From the NCBI GenBank assembly GCA_019694655.1, contig JAIBBN010000004.1:146348-210347 (forward strand): a stretch of DNA of 64,000 bases, given 5' to 3'. The translations under genes were made by a program, and so were the position numbers. This document shows positions 52,928-61,442 of this stretch, piece by piece (the first letter of the stretch is position 1; each line of letters opens with the position of its first letter). Source of the DNA: Leptospirales bacterium. GTDB taxonomy: Bacteria; Spirochaetota; Leptospiria; Leptospirales; Leptonemataceae. Below the pieces are notes generated by a model. That model did no database searches. It was not told the DNA's origin and was given only the letters and a program-made list of their open reading frames with translations.

Positions 52928-55900
52928 TCAGGCAGCTCGACTCGACTCAAGACGCGCCAGCAGACTGTAGGCGGCCGGGGTAACAAAGAGCGTCAGCAGG
53001 GTTGAAAGCGCCATGCCTCCAATGACGGCGATGGCCATGGGAATGCGACTTTCGGCGCCCGGCCCCAGAGCCAGGGCCGGCGGAATTGCCGCTGCAATCG
53101 ATGTTAAAGAAGTCATAAGGATCGGGCGCAGGCGTACGCGGCCGGCCTCCAGCAGCGCGTCCGTGACGCTGGCGCCGCGCCTGCGCGCTTCATTGGCAAA
53201 TTCCACCAGCAAGATTGAATTCTTTTTGGCAATGCCCATCAACAGCACCAGTCCAATCAGGCTGTAGAGATTGATCGACTGTCCGCTCAAAAAGAGCGCC
53301 AGCATGGCGCCGCTGACGCTGAAGGGCAGGGCCAGCAGTACGGCAATGGGGTGCAGAAAACTGTTGAATTGGGCTGCCAGAATCATATAGGCGGCAAGCA
53401 CGCCCAGCCAGAGTGCAAAGTACAGACTGTCGAAGCTCTCGGCAAATCCGCGGCTGCCGCCGCCGGCATGGTAGGAGTAACCGCGCGGCAGTTCGCTGTG
53501 CGCTATTTGAGCGGCCAGAGCGATGGCTTCTGATTGCGAGGCCTGCGGCGGCAGATTGGAGCGTATGCTGATCGCCCGCTGGCGATCCACTCGCGTCAGC
53601 GTCGATAAGGCCGGGCCGCTGCTGAAGCGCGCCACGCTGGCCAGCGGAGTGAGTTCGCCAAAGTTATTGCGCACCAGAACATGATTCAGGTCGGAGGGTC
53701 GTTGCCATTCGTCAGGCCGCAGGCGCAGACGAATATCATAGCGTCGACCATCGTTGGTAAAGCGCCCGGCGCGAACTCCGCCCATGGCGGCGGCGACCGT
53801 GTTGACAATGGCGCTGATGCTTACGCCGCGAATGGCGGCCTGGTTGCGGTCTGGAATCACTCTGGTTTCAGGCATTCCCTGGCGGTAGTCGCTATCCAGA
53901 TCCAGATACTGTCCGCTGGCTTCCATTCGCTGGATGATGCGTTTTGAGGCCGACTCCAGCTCGCTCCATTGTGGTCCGCGAATTGAGAATTCCACCGGAA
54001 AGCCGCGCCGAGCCGTAAGTCCGCGCGTCGAAAAATCGAAAAGCGAAGCGCGCATGCCGGAAATCTGCAGGGCTTCCTTGCGCACCTGCTCCATAATTTG
54101 CTGCTGTCGTCGCTGCCGCTGTTCTGCAGGCTTGAGCGTCACAAACATGATGCCGCTCGATGATTCGCCTCCGCCCACGCCGCCGACGATTGACAGGTAG
54201 CGAGCGACTTCGGGGATCCGACTGAGTCGTTGCTCCAGCTCTTTGAATTTCTCCGACGTGTACTCCAGCGATGATCCAGTTGGCAGCAGCAATCGTACGC
54301 CAAACTGGCTTTGGTCCTGCGCCGGAACAAATTCCTTTCTCAGGAAGAAGGCGGCCAGCATCGAAAGGCAGAATACGGCAAGCGCCAGACCAAGCGTCCA
54401 GAGCCGGCGACGCAGTGCGCGTTGCAACCATCGCTCATAGAATATGCCGGCGGCGGCCGTCCAGCCTTGCACGACTCGCACGATGGCCGGCGGCCGTTCG
54501 TTGCGACTGAGCAATCGCGAGGCGCGCATTGGCGTCAGCGTTACAGCGTCCAGCAGGCTGAGCGCGACCGCCGCCGTTATTGTTACTCCGAACTGGAAAA
54601 AAAACTTACCGATGACGCCCTCCATGAAGGCTACTGGCAGGAAGATGGCAGCCACGGCTGTCGAAGCGGCCACTGCAGCGAAGTATATTTCGCGCGCCCC
54701 CTCGCGAGCAGCGCGCAGGCGATCTTTGCCCATATCAAAGTGACGGACAATGTTTTCCAGTACCATGATGTTATCGTCGACGACGATGCCGATGGCCAGC
54801 GAAAGCCCCAACAGGGTAAAGAGGTTGAGCGAAAAATCAAGAAAGTAGAGGACCAGGAATGAGCCCACGACGGAAGTCGGAATGGAAAGGACAACATTCA
54901 ATGTAGACTGAAAACTGCCGAGAAAGAGCCAGCATACTGCAGCGGTGAGTATCCCCGAAAGGATCAGCGTGAATTCCGTTTCCTGGATCGCTTCGCGTAC
55001 AAATCGCGTGCTGTCAAAGACCGTCTCCAGTTTCATGCCGGGCGGCAGTTCGGCCTGCAGCAGCGCAACCTCGGCCTTGACGCGCTCGCCAACCGCCACC
55101 GTGTTGGCGCCGATTTGCTTGCGAACGCCGATCGAAAGCGCGTTGCGCCCGTTGACGCGCGTGATGCGCCGATAATCGCTGAGTCCATCTTCTATTTGAG
55201 CTACATCGCGCACCCGAATATCGGCGAAATAGATTGGCGCGCCGGCGCGGCGCGTGATGCGCAGCGATCCGGCCTGTTCCGGGCTAAGCGCTTCGCCCAG
55301 AACACGCAGGTTGCGTTCCTCGCGTCGATCGTCCAGATAGCCGGCGGCGCCCTCGGCGTGCTCTAGCTGAAAGGCCTGCTGTAAGTCCAGGATCGTCAAC
55401 TGTCGCGCGTTCAGCGCGCTGCTGGAGGCCCAGATGCGCAAATTGCGTTCCGGCTGTCCGCCAGCAAAGACCTCGCCTACGCCAGGCAGCAATTGCAGTC
55501 GATCAACGATATTCTGATCGGCATATACGAACAACGCATGGGTATCCGCCTCTCCCGAAAGCCCGAGCCACAGGATCGGATCGTCCTCGGGATTGGACTT
55601 GCGCACCGTTGGCGGAAGCACGCCGACTGGCAGCTCCAGTCTACTGATAGCGGTTTGCACCTCCTGCAGCGCGACGTCAACGTTGCGGTTGATATCAAAC
55701 TCCAGATTGACTGTGGCCGATCCCTGGCGGACCGAGCTGGTCATCTCTTTCAGGCCTTCGACAGCAATCAAGCGTCGTTCCAACCGATCGACGATCTCCG
55801 ATTCCATGACCTCCGGCGCAGCTCCCTCCCAGCTAACGCTGACCGAAAGCAGCGGAAAATCGACATCAGGCATGTAACTGACGCCCAAGCGGCCCAGCGC

Positions 55901-55981
55901 CACCGCCCCAAAAACAATCAGCGCAAACATGATCATCCAGGCCAGCACCGGGCGAGCGATGGAGAGGTCGGAGAGCCTCAT
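52928..55981 (-). CDS. RND efflux transporter, AcrB/AcrD/AcrF (HAE/HME-type) inner-membrane subunit
   Basis: 1017 aa. N-terminus 'LSIARPVLAWMIMFALIVFGAVALGRLGVSYMPDVDFP'. 12-TM, two-large-loop architecture. 'GLSLAIGIVVDDNIMVLENI' and 'LMGIAKKNSILLVEFANE' motifs are present. Confidence 0.95.
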   Translation of the reverse strand: MRLSDLSIARPVLAWMIMFALIVFGAVALGRLGVSYMPDVDFPLLSVSVSWEGAAPEVMESEIVDRLERRLIAVEGLKEMTSSVRQGSATVNLEFDINRNVDVALQEVQTAISRLELPVGVLPPTVRKSNPEDDPILWLGLSGEADTHALFVYADQNIVDRLQLLPGVGEVFAGGQPERNLRIWASSSALNARQLTILDLQQAFQLEHAEGAAGYLDDRREERNLRVLGEALSPEQAGSLRITRRAGAPIYFADIRVRDVAQIEDGLSDYRRITRVNGRNALSIGVRKQIGANTVAVGERVKAEVALLQAELPPGMKLETVFDSTRFVREAIQETEFTLILSGILTAAVCWLFLGSFQSTLNVVLSIPTSVVGSFLVLYFLDFSLNLFTLLGLSLAIGIVVDDNIMVLENIVRHFDMGKDRLRAAREGAREIYFAAVAASTAVAAIFLPVAFMEGVIGKFFFQFGVTITAAVALSLLDAVTLTPMRASRLLSRNERPPAIVRVVQGWTAAAGIFYERWLQRALRRRLWTLGLALAVFCLSMLAAFFLRKEFVPAQDQSQFGVRLLLPTGSSLEYTSEKFKELEQRLSRIPEVARYLSIVGGVGGGESSSGIMFVTLKPAEQRQRRQQQIMEQVRKEALQISGMRASLFDFSTRGLTARRGFPVEFSIRGPQWSELESASKRIIQRMEASGQYLDLDSDYRQGMPETRVIPDRNQAAIRGVSISAIVNTVAAAMGGVRAGRFTNDGRRYDIRLRLRPDEWQRPSDLNHVLVRNNFGELTPLASVARFSSGPALSTLTRVDRQRAISIRSNLPPQASQSEAIALAAQIAHSELPRGYSYHAGGGSRGFAESFDSLYFALWLGVLAAYMILAAQFNSFLHPIAVLLALPFSVSGAMLALFLSGQSINLYSLIGLVLLMGIAKKNSILLVEFANEARRRGASVTDALLEAGRVRLRPILMTSLTSIAAAIPPALALGPGAESRIPMAIAVIGGMALSTLLTLFVTPAAYSLLARLESSRAA

Positions 55982-57375
55982 GGCGGCGACCGTCCGGCGG
56001 CGATTTGCAATCGAATCGATGCCAGCCTGGTTTGCATCTCGGTTTGAACAATGCTGCGCTCCAGAACAAAGACGCGCGTCAGGGCGCTCAGCGCCTCCAG
56101 GTTGGTAACGATTCCCAGGCGGTAGTCGCGAACCTGCACGTTGTAGTTGGCGCGCGCCAGCGCTGCCGCTTCGCGCAACAACAACAGTCTGGCCGCGGCG
56201 GAACTGAAATCGCTGTAAGAAGCGCGGACCTCGTAGTCGCTCAGTCGGCGCAGTCGATCAAGATCGAGTTCGCTGCCGCGCAGCCGGGCGGCGGCCTCAT
56301 CGACGCGCGCCGCCGTGGCGCCCCCGGAGAAGAGCGGCAGATCAATGCGCAGCGTGACGCGCCAGTCGCGACTGCTGTCGGGGCGCTGGCGCAAATAGTA
56401 TTCTCCCTGCAGGCTGGCCTGCGGCCAGTGTTCGCCGCTGGCGACCTCGCTGCGCTGGCGCGCGGCGCGCAAGGCGGCCGCCGCCTGCAAAAGATCGCTG
56501 CGTTCTCCTGTATGTTCCAGGTAGGCGGCAATGTTTTCCGGCGCCGGCGGATCGCTGGCCGGCGCCAGTCGCGTATCGGCTGGAGTGCGACCGATCAAAA
56601 ATCCAAGCAATTCCGTCGTGGCGCGCGCCAGGCCGCGCTGCAGTTCCGCCTCCACGCGGTTCTGGGCCAGATCGCTTTCAGCTTGCAGTAGATCGCCCTG
56701 CCGCGAGCGTCCAAGTCGCACCCGAGCGCGCAACTCCGCTATGCGCTCTTTCAGCGCAGTCTGTTCGCTATCCAGCGATGCCAGAATCTGCGCATACATC
56801 AGCGCCTGGTAGTAAACTTCGGCCAGATCCTGGTAGAGCAGCTCGCGAGATCGCTGTCGCTCAAATTCCAGGGCCTGCCGTTCCTGTTGCAAGGCGCGCG
56901 ATTCATGCAGGGTGCGAAAGCCGCTGAACAGGGGCCAGCTGAGCGCCACTCCGCCGACGTAGGGATTGGTTCCCTGTGCATCGCTTTCCCGCGCCGGCAG
57001 GAGCGCCAGCAGCTGCGACTGCTGGGCCGGCGCCAGCAGTCGAATGGCATCTTCGGCCTGCTGCCGCCGACGGTCCTGTTCGATGCGGTCCTGCCAGGTT
57101 GGGGCGGCAAAGAGACTGAATTGAGGAAAATAGGCGGCCAGACTCTGGCGGTACCTTGCCTCTGCAGCTTTCAGGTTCTCGGCGCGAATCTGATCTTGCT
57201 CGCTGAGTTCCAGCGCCAGGCGGTAACAGTCCTGAAGAGTAAGCCGCCGGCTGCCGCCGATGCCGTCCGCAGCCGCGGCCCGGGTTGCATCGCCCTCGGC
57301 CTGCAGCGAAGCGACGGCGATGGTTGCCGCCGTCAGAAATCGAAGGTTCAAGAGCCAGCGCGACAACTGCTCCAA
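55978..57375 (-). CDS. TolC-family outer-membrane efflux protein (OMF)
   Basis: 465 aa. Signal-like N-terminus. A duplicated helical-repeat pattern is typical of OEP ('LTLQDCYRLALELSEQ', 'LLQAESDLAQNRVEAELQ', 'NLEALSALT...'). The stop overlaps the RND start by 4 nt. Confidence 0.88.
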   Translation of the reverse strand: MEQLSRWLLNLRFLTAATIAVASLQAEGDATRAAAADGIGGSRRLTLQDCYRLALELSEQDQIRAENLKAAEARYRQSLAAYFPQFSLFAAPTWQDRIEQDRRRQQAEDAIRLLAPAQQSQLLALLPARESDAQGTNPYVGGVALSWPLFSGFRTLHESRALQQERQALEFERQRSRELLYQDLAEVYYQALMYAQILASLDSEQTALKERIAELRARVRLGRSRQGDLLQAESDLAQNRVEAELQRGLARATTELLGFLIGRTPADTRLAPASDPPAPENIAAYLEHTGERSDLLQAAAALRAARQRSEVASGEHWPQASLQGEYYLRQRPDSSRDWRVTLRIDLPLFSGGATAARVDEAAARLRGSELDLDRLRRLSDYEVRASYSDFSSAAARLLLLREAAALARANYNVQVRDYRLGIVTNLEALSALTRVFVLERSIVQTEMQTRLASIRLQIAAGRSPP

Positions 57376-57434
57376 CTTAGGCGCCGCATTGCGGACTGCC
57401 AGCCAAAAAAGCGGCGCGCTCTCACCGCTAAGCG

Positions 57435-59087
57435 TCAGCTGCCGTAGATATCGCCCGGATATTCAGCCGGCGCTCGCACGCGGTAATGCATGATCACTGT
57501 CTTTTTTTCGCCCGGCCGCAGCTCCACGTTCCAACGGTATACGCCGCTGCCGCGCTCGGTCTCCTCGGCGCCGGCAGTCGTTTCCGGGAGCAAATCTACT
57601 TTGACGCTGGCTACGTCGGAGACGGGCGCGCGTTCATAAAGCCGCATCCTTTGCGGCTGCTGGCTTTCGTTTTCCAGCGTCAGCTCCACGCGAGTGTAGA
57701 AGTAATGATCGCTGGTCAGCGGGCCTACGTCCTCCCGTCGGCGACTCAGGCTGCGCAAAGTTTTCACACTGCGGTCCGCGCCAAGGCCGGCGTTGAAGCT
57801 GGCCCCGGGCGCAGTATAGCGTACGGTGGAGCGGCCTACGAAACCGGAATTGCGGAAGGCCTCCGCCGGGCCGCTGAGCAGCGGAAAATTGCGTGAGTTG
57901 CGCAGCTTGAGCGCCAGCGCCGGCGTCAATTGCAGGGCGCCTGCATAGTGCAGGTAGCTCTCCGTTGGCGCCTCCGTAAATTCGGCAATCATCACCCGAC
58001 GGCTCTCGCGGCTGGAAGGCACATCACTGCGCCGTGGAATGCGAAATATTACCGATTCTCCGGAGCGCTCCAGCTCCGACAGGCCGCCGGTCTGCTGCTC
58101 CAGCGGCGCTTCGCCGCCGATGACGTTTTGTTCCTGGGCGCGCGCATCTTCCACTGCGGCAAATTCAGTCCGCGTCTGGACCTCGCGGGCCGAAATGTAA
58201 AGCGGTCGTAAGAAATCGCGACGCGCGCCGCGCGCTGGCTGCGCCGTAGAGAGCGAGAGCGAGACGTTGCGCCAGTCCTCGCCGGTTTCCTGTCGGATGA
58301 CGCCGTAGTATTCAATGCGCACTTTGCCGTCAGTTCCAAGGTGCAGGGCGTAGCTGACATTCCAGCTGGCGCCCGGTATTACATAGGAAAAGCCAAGGTT
58401 GCTATCCTCTGCGGCCAGGCTTTGCACCGTGATTTCAACCACGGAATAGTTTTGACCGGCCTGCGAGCGCAGCTGCTCAAGGTTGCCGCGCAAAATCCCC
58501 AGCTGATCCTCCAATCTGGCTGCCGTTTCGTCCGACTTCTGGATTTCGGTTTGGGCATTCATCCGCCGCTGCAAGAGGGTGCGATAGGCGCCGCCCCAGC
58601 GGCCCGGGTCCTCGCCTGCCGCCGGCGCCTGACGCGAAATCAGCGCATTCAAAAATTGTGCGTAGCGATCAATACTTCCCAGGTCCAGTCGCAGGCGCGC
58701 GGACTGTTCGCGCTGTTCGTCGCGCGAGCGTTCCAGCTTGCGAATCTGCTCTTGCAGGCGACGCACCTCTGGATTTTCCGCTTCGTTGCGTCGTTCCAGG
58801 CGCCGGCGAATTCCCTGTACGATCAATTTGTCGCTATCGGAGAAGGCGCGCAGCGAGTCGGCGTCCAATGCGGCTGGAGCGCCCGGGAAGAGCAGCGTGT
58901 GCTTGCCGGGATTCAGATGCAGGCGCGAAGAGCGCGTAACCAGCGCACGATCGGGGTAGACCAGCGCTTCGGTAATTGGCGCCTGATAGGCCGGCGTCGA
59001 AGGACGGCCTTGAGCTACAAGCAGGCCTGGCGTCGCCGCCGCCAGGAGAGTAGCAAGTAACAGGCAACTTGCAGTGCGATTTACCAT
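57435..59087 (-). CDS. secreted DUF4140/DUF4139 (MuiA-like) family protein, paralogue 2
   Basis: 550 aa. Signal 'CLLLATLLAAATPGLLVAQG'. Coiled coil 'VRRLQEQIRKLERSRDEQREQSARLRL'. Core 'FSYVIPGASWNVSYALHLG'. C-terminal 'FRNSGFVGRSTVRYTAPGASFNAGLGADRSV'. The start overlaps the upstream paralogue's stop by 7 nt. Confidence 0.8.
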   Translation of the reverse strand: MVNRTASCLLLATLLAAATPGLLVAQGRPSTPAYQAPITEALVYPDRALVTRSSRLHLNPGKHTLLFPGAPAALDADSLRAFSDSDKLIVQGIRRRLERRNEAENPEVRRLQEQIRKLERSRDEQREQSARLRLDLGSIDRYAQFLNALISRQAPAAGEDPGRWGGAYRTLLQRRMNAQTEIQKSDETAARLEDQLGILRGNLEQLRSQAGQNYSVVEITVQSLAAEDSNLGFSYVIPGASWNVSYALHLGTDGKVRIEYYGVIRQETGEDWRNVSLSLSTAQPARGARRDFLRPLYISAREVQTRTEFAAVEDARAQEQNVIGGEAPLEQQTGGLSELERSGESVIFRIPRRSDVPSSRESRRVMIAEFTEAPTESYLHYAGALQLTPALALKLRNSRNFPLLSGPAEAFRNSGFVGRSTVRYTAPGASFNAGLGADRSVKTLRSLSRRREDVGPLTSDHYFYTRVELTLENESQQPQRMRLYERAPVSDVASVKVDLLPETTAGAEETERGSGVYRWNVELRPGEKKTVIMHYRVRAPAEYPGDIYGS

Positions 59088-61189
59088 TGCGGGGCGCCTC
59101 CCTCGGCTTCGGCCGGCAGTACGTCGGCCGGATGACGAATTTCATATCGAATCGTGATTGTCTTTTGCTCGCCGGCGCGCAGCGAAAGTCGGTAACGGAT
59201 CAGTCCGTACTCTTCTTTGCGCTCCGCCGGGGCCTCGCTGAATTCTGGAGCGCTGATGCGAATCCTTTCATCCGAGGAAACGGGTAGTCGTTCAAACAAA
59301 TCGAGCTGAATATTGTTTCGCTTTTGATTGTGAATCTTGATCTGAACTTCGCGACGTAAAATGCGCTGCGTGCTGATCAATCCGCCGTCCTCGCGCTGAT
59401 CGGTCACGTGACGCTGGATGCGAATGTCATCCACAGCGCCAAGGTGCACCGGAAATTCAGCAGCGGGGCCCACTGTGGCAATGCTTGCTTCGCCCACATA
59501 GTCGCGGTTGTGGAAGATAGCGGCCGGGCCGGCCAGCAGCGGGCCGCCGGCGCTATTGGCAGCTCGCCCTACCAGAAAGGCCAGTTCGCGCCGCTCCGGC
59601 GCAGCCTCGTAGCTCAAAGTCAGCGGCAACTCGCGCGATTCCAGCAGGATGCGCGTAAAGCCGGGTTCGGAGGGTGCGCTGTCGCGTCCGGGCGCCTGGT
59701 AAGCGACATCAAAGCCGCGCGCCGAGCTGGAAGGCGGCGTCAGCGATCGCATCATGCCCTGCAGTTCCAGCATGTTCAAGGCCATGCGCCGCGTTTCCAG
59801 CGAACGGCGCAGGTCTTCGGCAAAGAGTCCCTGATAGCGCGGGTCCAGCGAACGAACACGTTCGATGATAGCTTCGCTTTGAACCAGTGCGCCCTGAAAG
59901 TCATCGCGAGTGACTGCCTGATCGCGCGCCTGGACAGAGCTCTGGATGCCGCGCAGTGCATTGCCAGCGGCTTCATTGCGCTGATTGGCCTGTTCTTCCT
60001 GTACCAGACGACGATTTTCCATAAAGTAAGCGTTGGAGCGATTGCGCTGCGACTGCAGACTGCCGTAGCCCCCGCCGCCGGGACCGTTGCCTGCCTGGCC
60101 GTCGGCAAAGCTATCGATGGCTTCGTCGGCGGCTGCTTCCGGCGCCGGCTGCATCGGCGCAGTACTGGCAACTGCGCCAGAAGACACGGCAGGGGAATCC
60201 TGACGTCGACCCGAGCGACCGCTTTCGCGCTCCAGGTCGTCAGCCACCACGCGTTGCTGGATGCGCCAGGTGGGCAGCTGCGCCAGATCGCCGGATTCGC
60301 GCGGGTCTGCCGCGGAGAATCGCAAGCGGACGTTGTCCCAATCCTCTCCGCTCTGATTCTTGAGAAGTGCATAGCTGCTGAGCTGCATGTGCGTCTGGCT
60401 GCCGGAACTATCGACGCGAGCAGTGTAGATGGGAAACCAGGCGACGCCGCCTACGGTGTAGCGTAGCTCCAGCTGAACGGGGCGCGAGGCATCGCAACGT
60501 TCCGGAGCGCACTCAATGGCAATGCTGACCTGCTTGCTTTCAATGTTGCGGGCATCATGATAGCGATCGGCGACAGCGATTGCCACCAGCAACTCCTCGC
60601 GCGCCAGATCGATAGACCCCAGCAACTCGCTGACCGCAGCCTGGTTTTCGCGCAGCGAATTCTGGATAAAATCGAGCGTGCGCGTCCAGCGGCCGGAATC
60701 GACGGGCGCGCGCCAGGCGGGGTCCTCTGGATCTTCTGGGACGCGCGCCACCTCCAGCTGCGAGAGTTGCTGGGCCTCTTTCTTGAGCGCCGCATAGCGG
60801 TCGGTCAGTCGACGCAGATTGCTCTCTGCGGTCTTCAATCGTTCCTCGGCCTGACGCGCCTCATCTGAGAGAAAACGTTCGCGGAAAGCGCTGCGCACGG
60901 CCACTTCCTGGATGCGGAGATCATTGCGATCAAAGGCAACGCGCACGCTGGAATCATCCAGCTGCGGCGTAAGTTCATTGATTCGCAGAACATTCTGGCC
61001 GGCGTGGATCCGCAATTGCACCCGGCGCGTGACAACGGCCTGATCGCTGTAGACCTGCACCGAGTCGATGCCGGCCGCTACTGCCTGTTGCTGTTCGCCC
61101 TGCGAGAGCAAGGGCGCTGCCAGTAGAAGGCCGAGTATGGATACAAAACGGGAGGGGCGCACAACCCTTCGACGCAGCGGTAGTTTCAT
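59081..61189 (-). CDS. secreted DUF4140/DUF4139 (MuiA-like) family protein, paralogue 1 (with a ~150-aa low-complexity/coiled insert)
   Basis: 702 aa. Signal 'FVSILGLLLAAPLLSQG'. Coiled coil 'EARQAEERLKTAESNLRRLTDRYAALKKEAQQLSQLE'. Core 'LRYTVGGVAWFPIYTARVD'. C-terminal 'FHNRDYVGEASIATVGPAAEFPVHLGAVDDIRI'. Confidence 0.8.
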   Translation of the reverse strand: MKLPLRRRVVRPSRFVSILGLLLAAPLLSQGEQQQAVAAGIDSVQVYSDQAVVTRRVQLRIHAGQNVLRINELTPQLDDSSVRVAFDRNDLRIQEVAVRSAFRERFLSDEARQAEERLKTAESNLRRLTDRYAALKKEAQQLSQLEVARVPEDPEDPAWRAPVDSGRWTRTLDFIQNSLRENQAAVSELLGSIDLAREELLVAIAVADRYHDARNIESKQVSIAIECAPERCDASRPVQLELRYTVGGVAWFPIYTARVDSSGSQTHMQLSSYALLKNQSGEDWDNVRLRFSAADPRESGDLAQLPTWRIQQRVVADDLERESGRSGRRQDSPAVSSGAVASTAPMQPAPEAAADEAIDSFADGQAGNGPGGGGYGSLQSQRNRSNAYFMENRRLVQEEQANQRNEAAGNALRGIQSSVQARDQAVTRDDFQGALVQSEAIIERVRSLDPRYQGLFAEDLRRSLETRRMALNMLELQGMMRSLTPPSSSARGFDVAYQAPGRDSAPSEPGFTRILLESRELPLTLSYEAAPERRELAFLVGRAANSAGGPLLAGPAAIFHNRDYVGEASIATVGPAAEFPVHLGAVDDIRIQRHVTDQREDGGLISTQRILRREVQIKIHNQKRNNIQLDLFERLPVSSDERIRISAPEFSEAPAERKEEYGLIRYRLSLRAGEQKTITIRYEIRHPADVLPAEAEGGAPQW

Positions 61190-61290
61190 GGTTCACACGA
61201 CCACGCCGCAGCCGCCAAAATCTGGCAAGTTTTCTGCAAAGCCCGCCAGGCGCGCTTTGCAGCACGGGATCGTCGGCTGCTTGAACGCGA

Positions 61291-61318
61291 CCCAAAACCC
61301 CATCCGTGGGGTTTTGGG
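61291..61318. other. perfect hairpin (11-bp stem, 6-nt loop) of unknown function
   Basis: CCCAAAACCCC-ATCCGT-GGGGTTTTGGG. No adjacent U/T tract on either strand. It lies 102-129 nt upstream of the DUF4139 operon start codon. Confidence 0.5.
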
Positions 61319-61342
61319 ACGAACGGAACGGTAATCAAAATT

Positions 61343-61425
61343 CATTGCATCGCCATCGGCAATGGCGAATTCCCTGGAGAATTCGCACGAATTTTTCAAC
61401 CGTTCCTCACATTCGCTTTGCGAAT
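61343..61425. promoter_or_regulatory. cluster of dyad symmetries built on GCGAAT/ATTCGC (candidate operator array) upstream of the DUF4139-TolC-RND operon
   Basis: CATTGC-N10-GCAATG (61343-61364), GCGAATTC-N6-GAATTCGC (61365-61386) and ATTCGC-TTT-GCGAAT (61411-61425). Four copies of the hexamer fall within 61 nt. Confidence 0.35.
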
Positions 61426-61442
61426 GGCGCGACCTCCTGTCG

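Noticed and set aside
61291-61318. The perfect 11-bp hairpin as the intrinsic terminator of the zinc-ribbon membrane protein gene
   Set aside because: No U/T tract follows the stem on either strand, and it lies ~125 nt past the stop. It is reported as a structure of unknown function instead.
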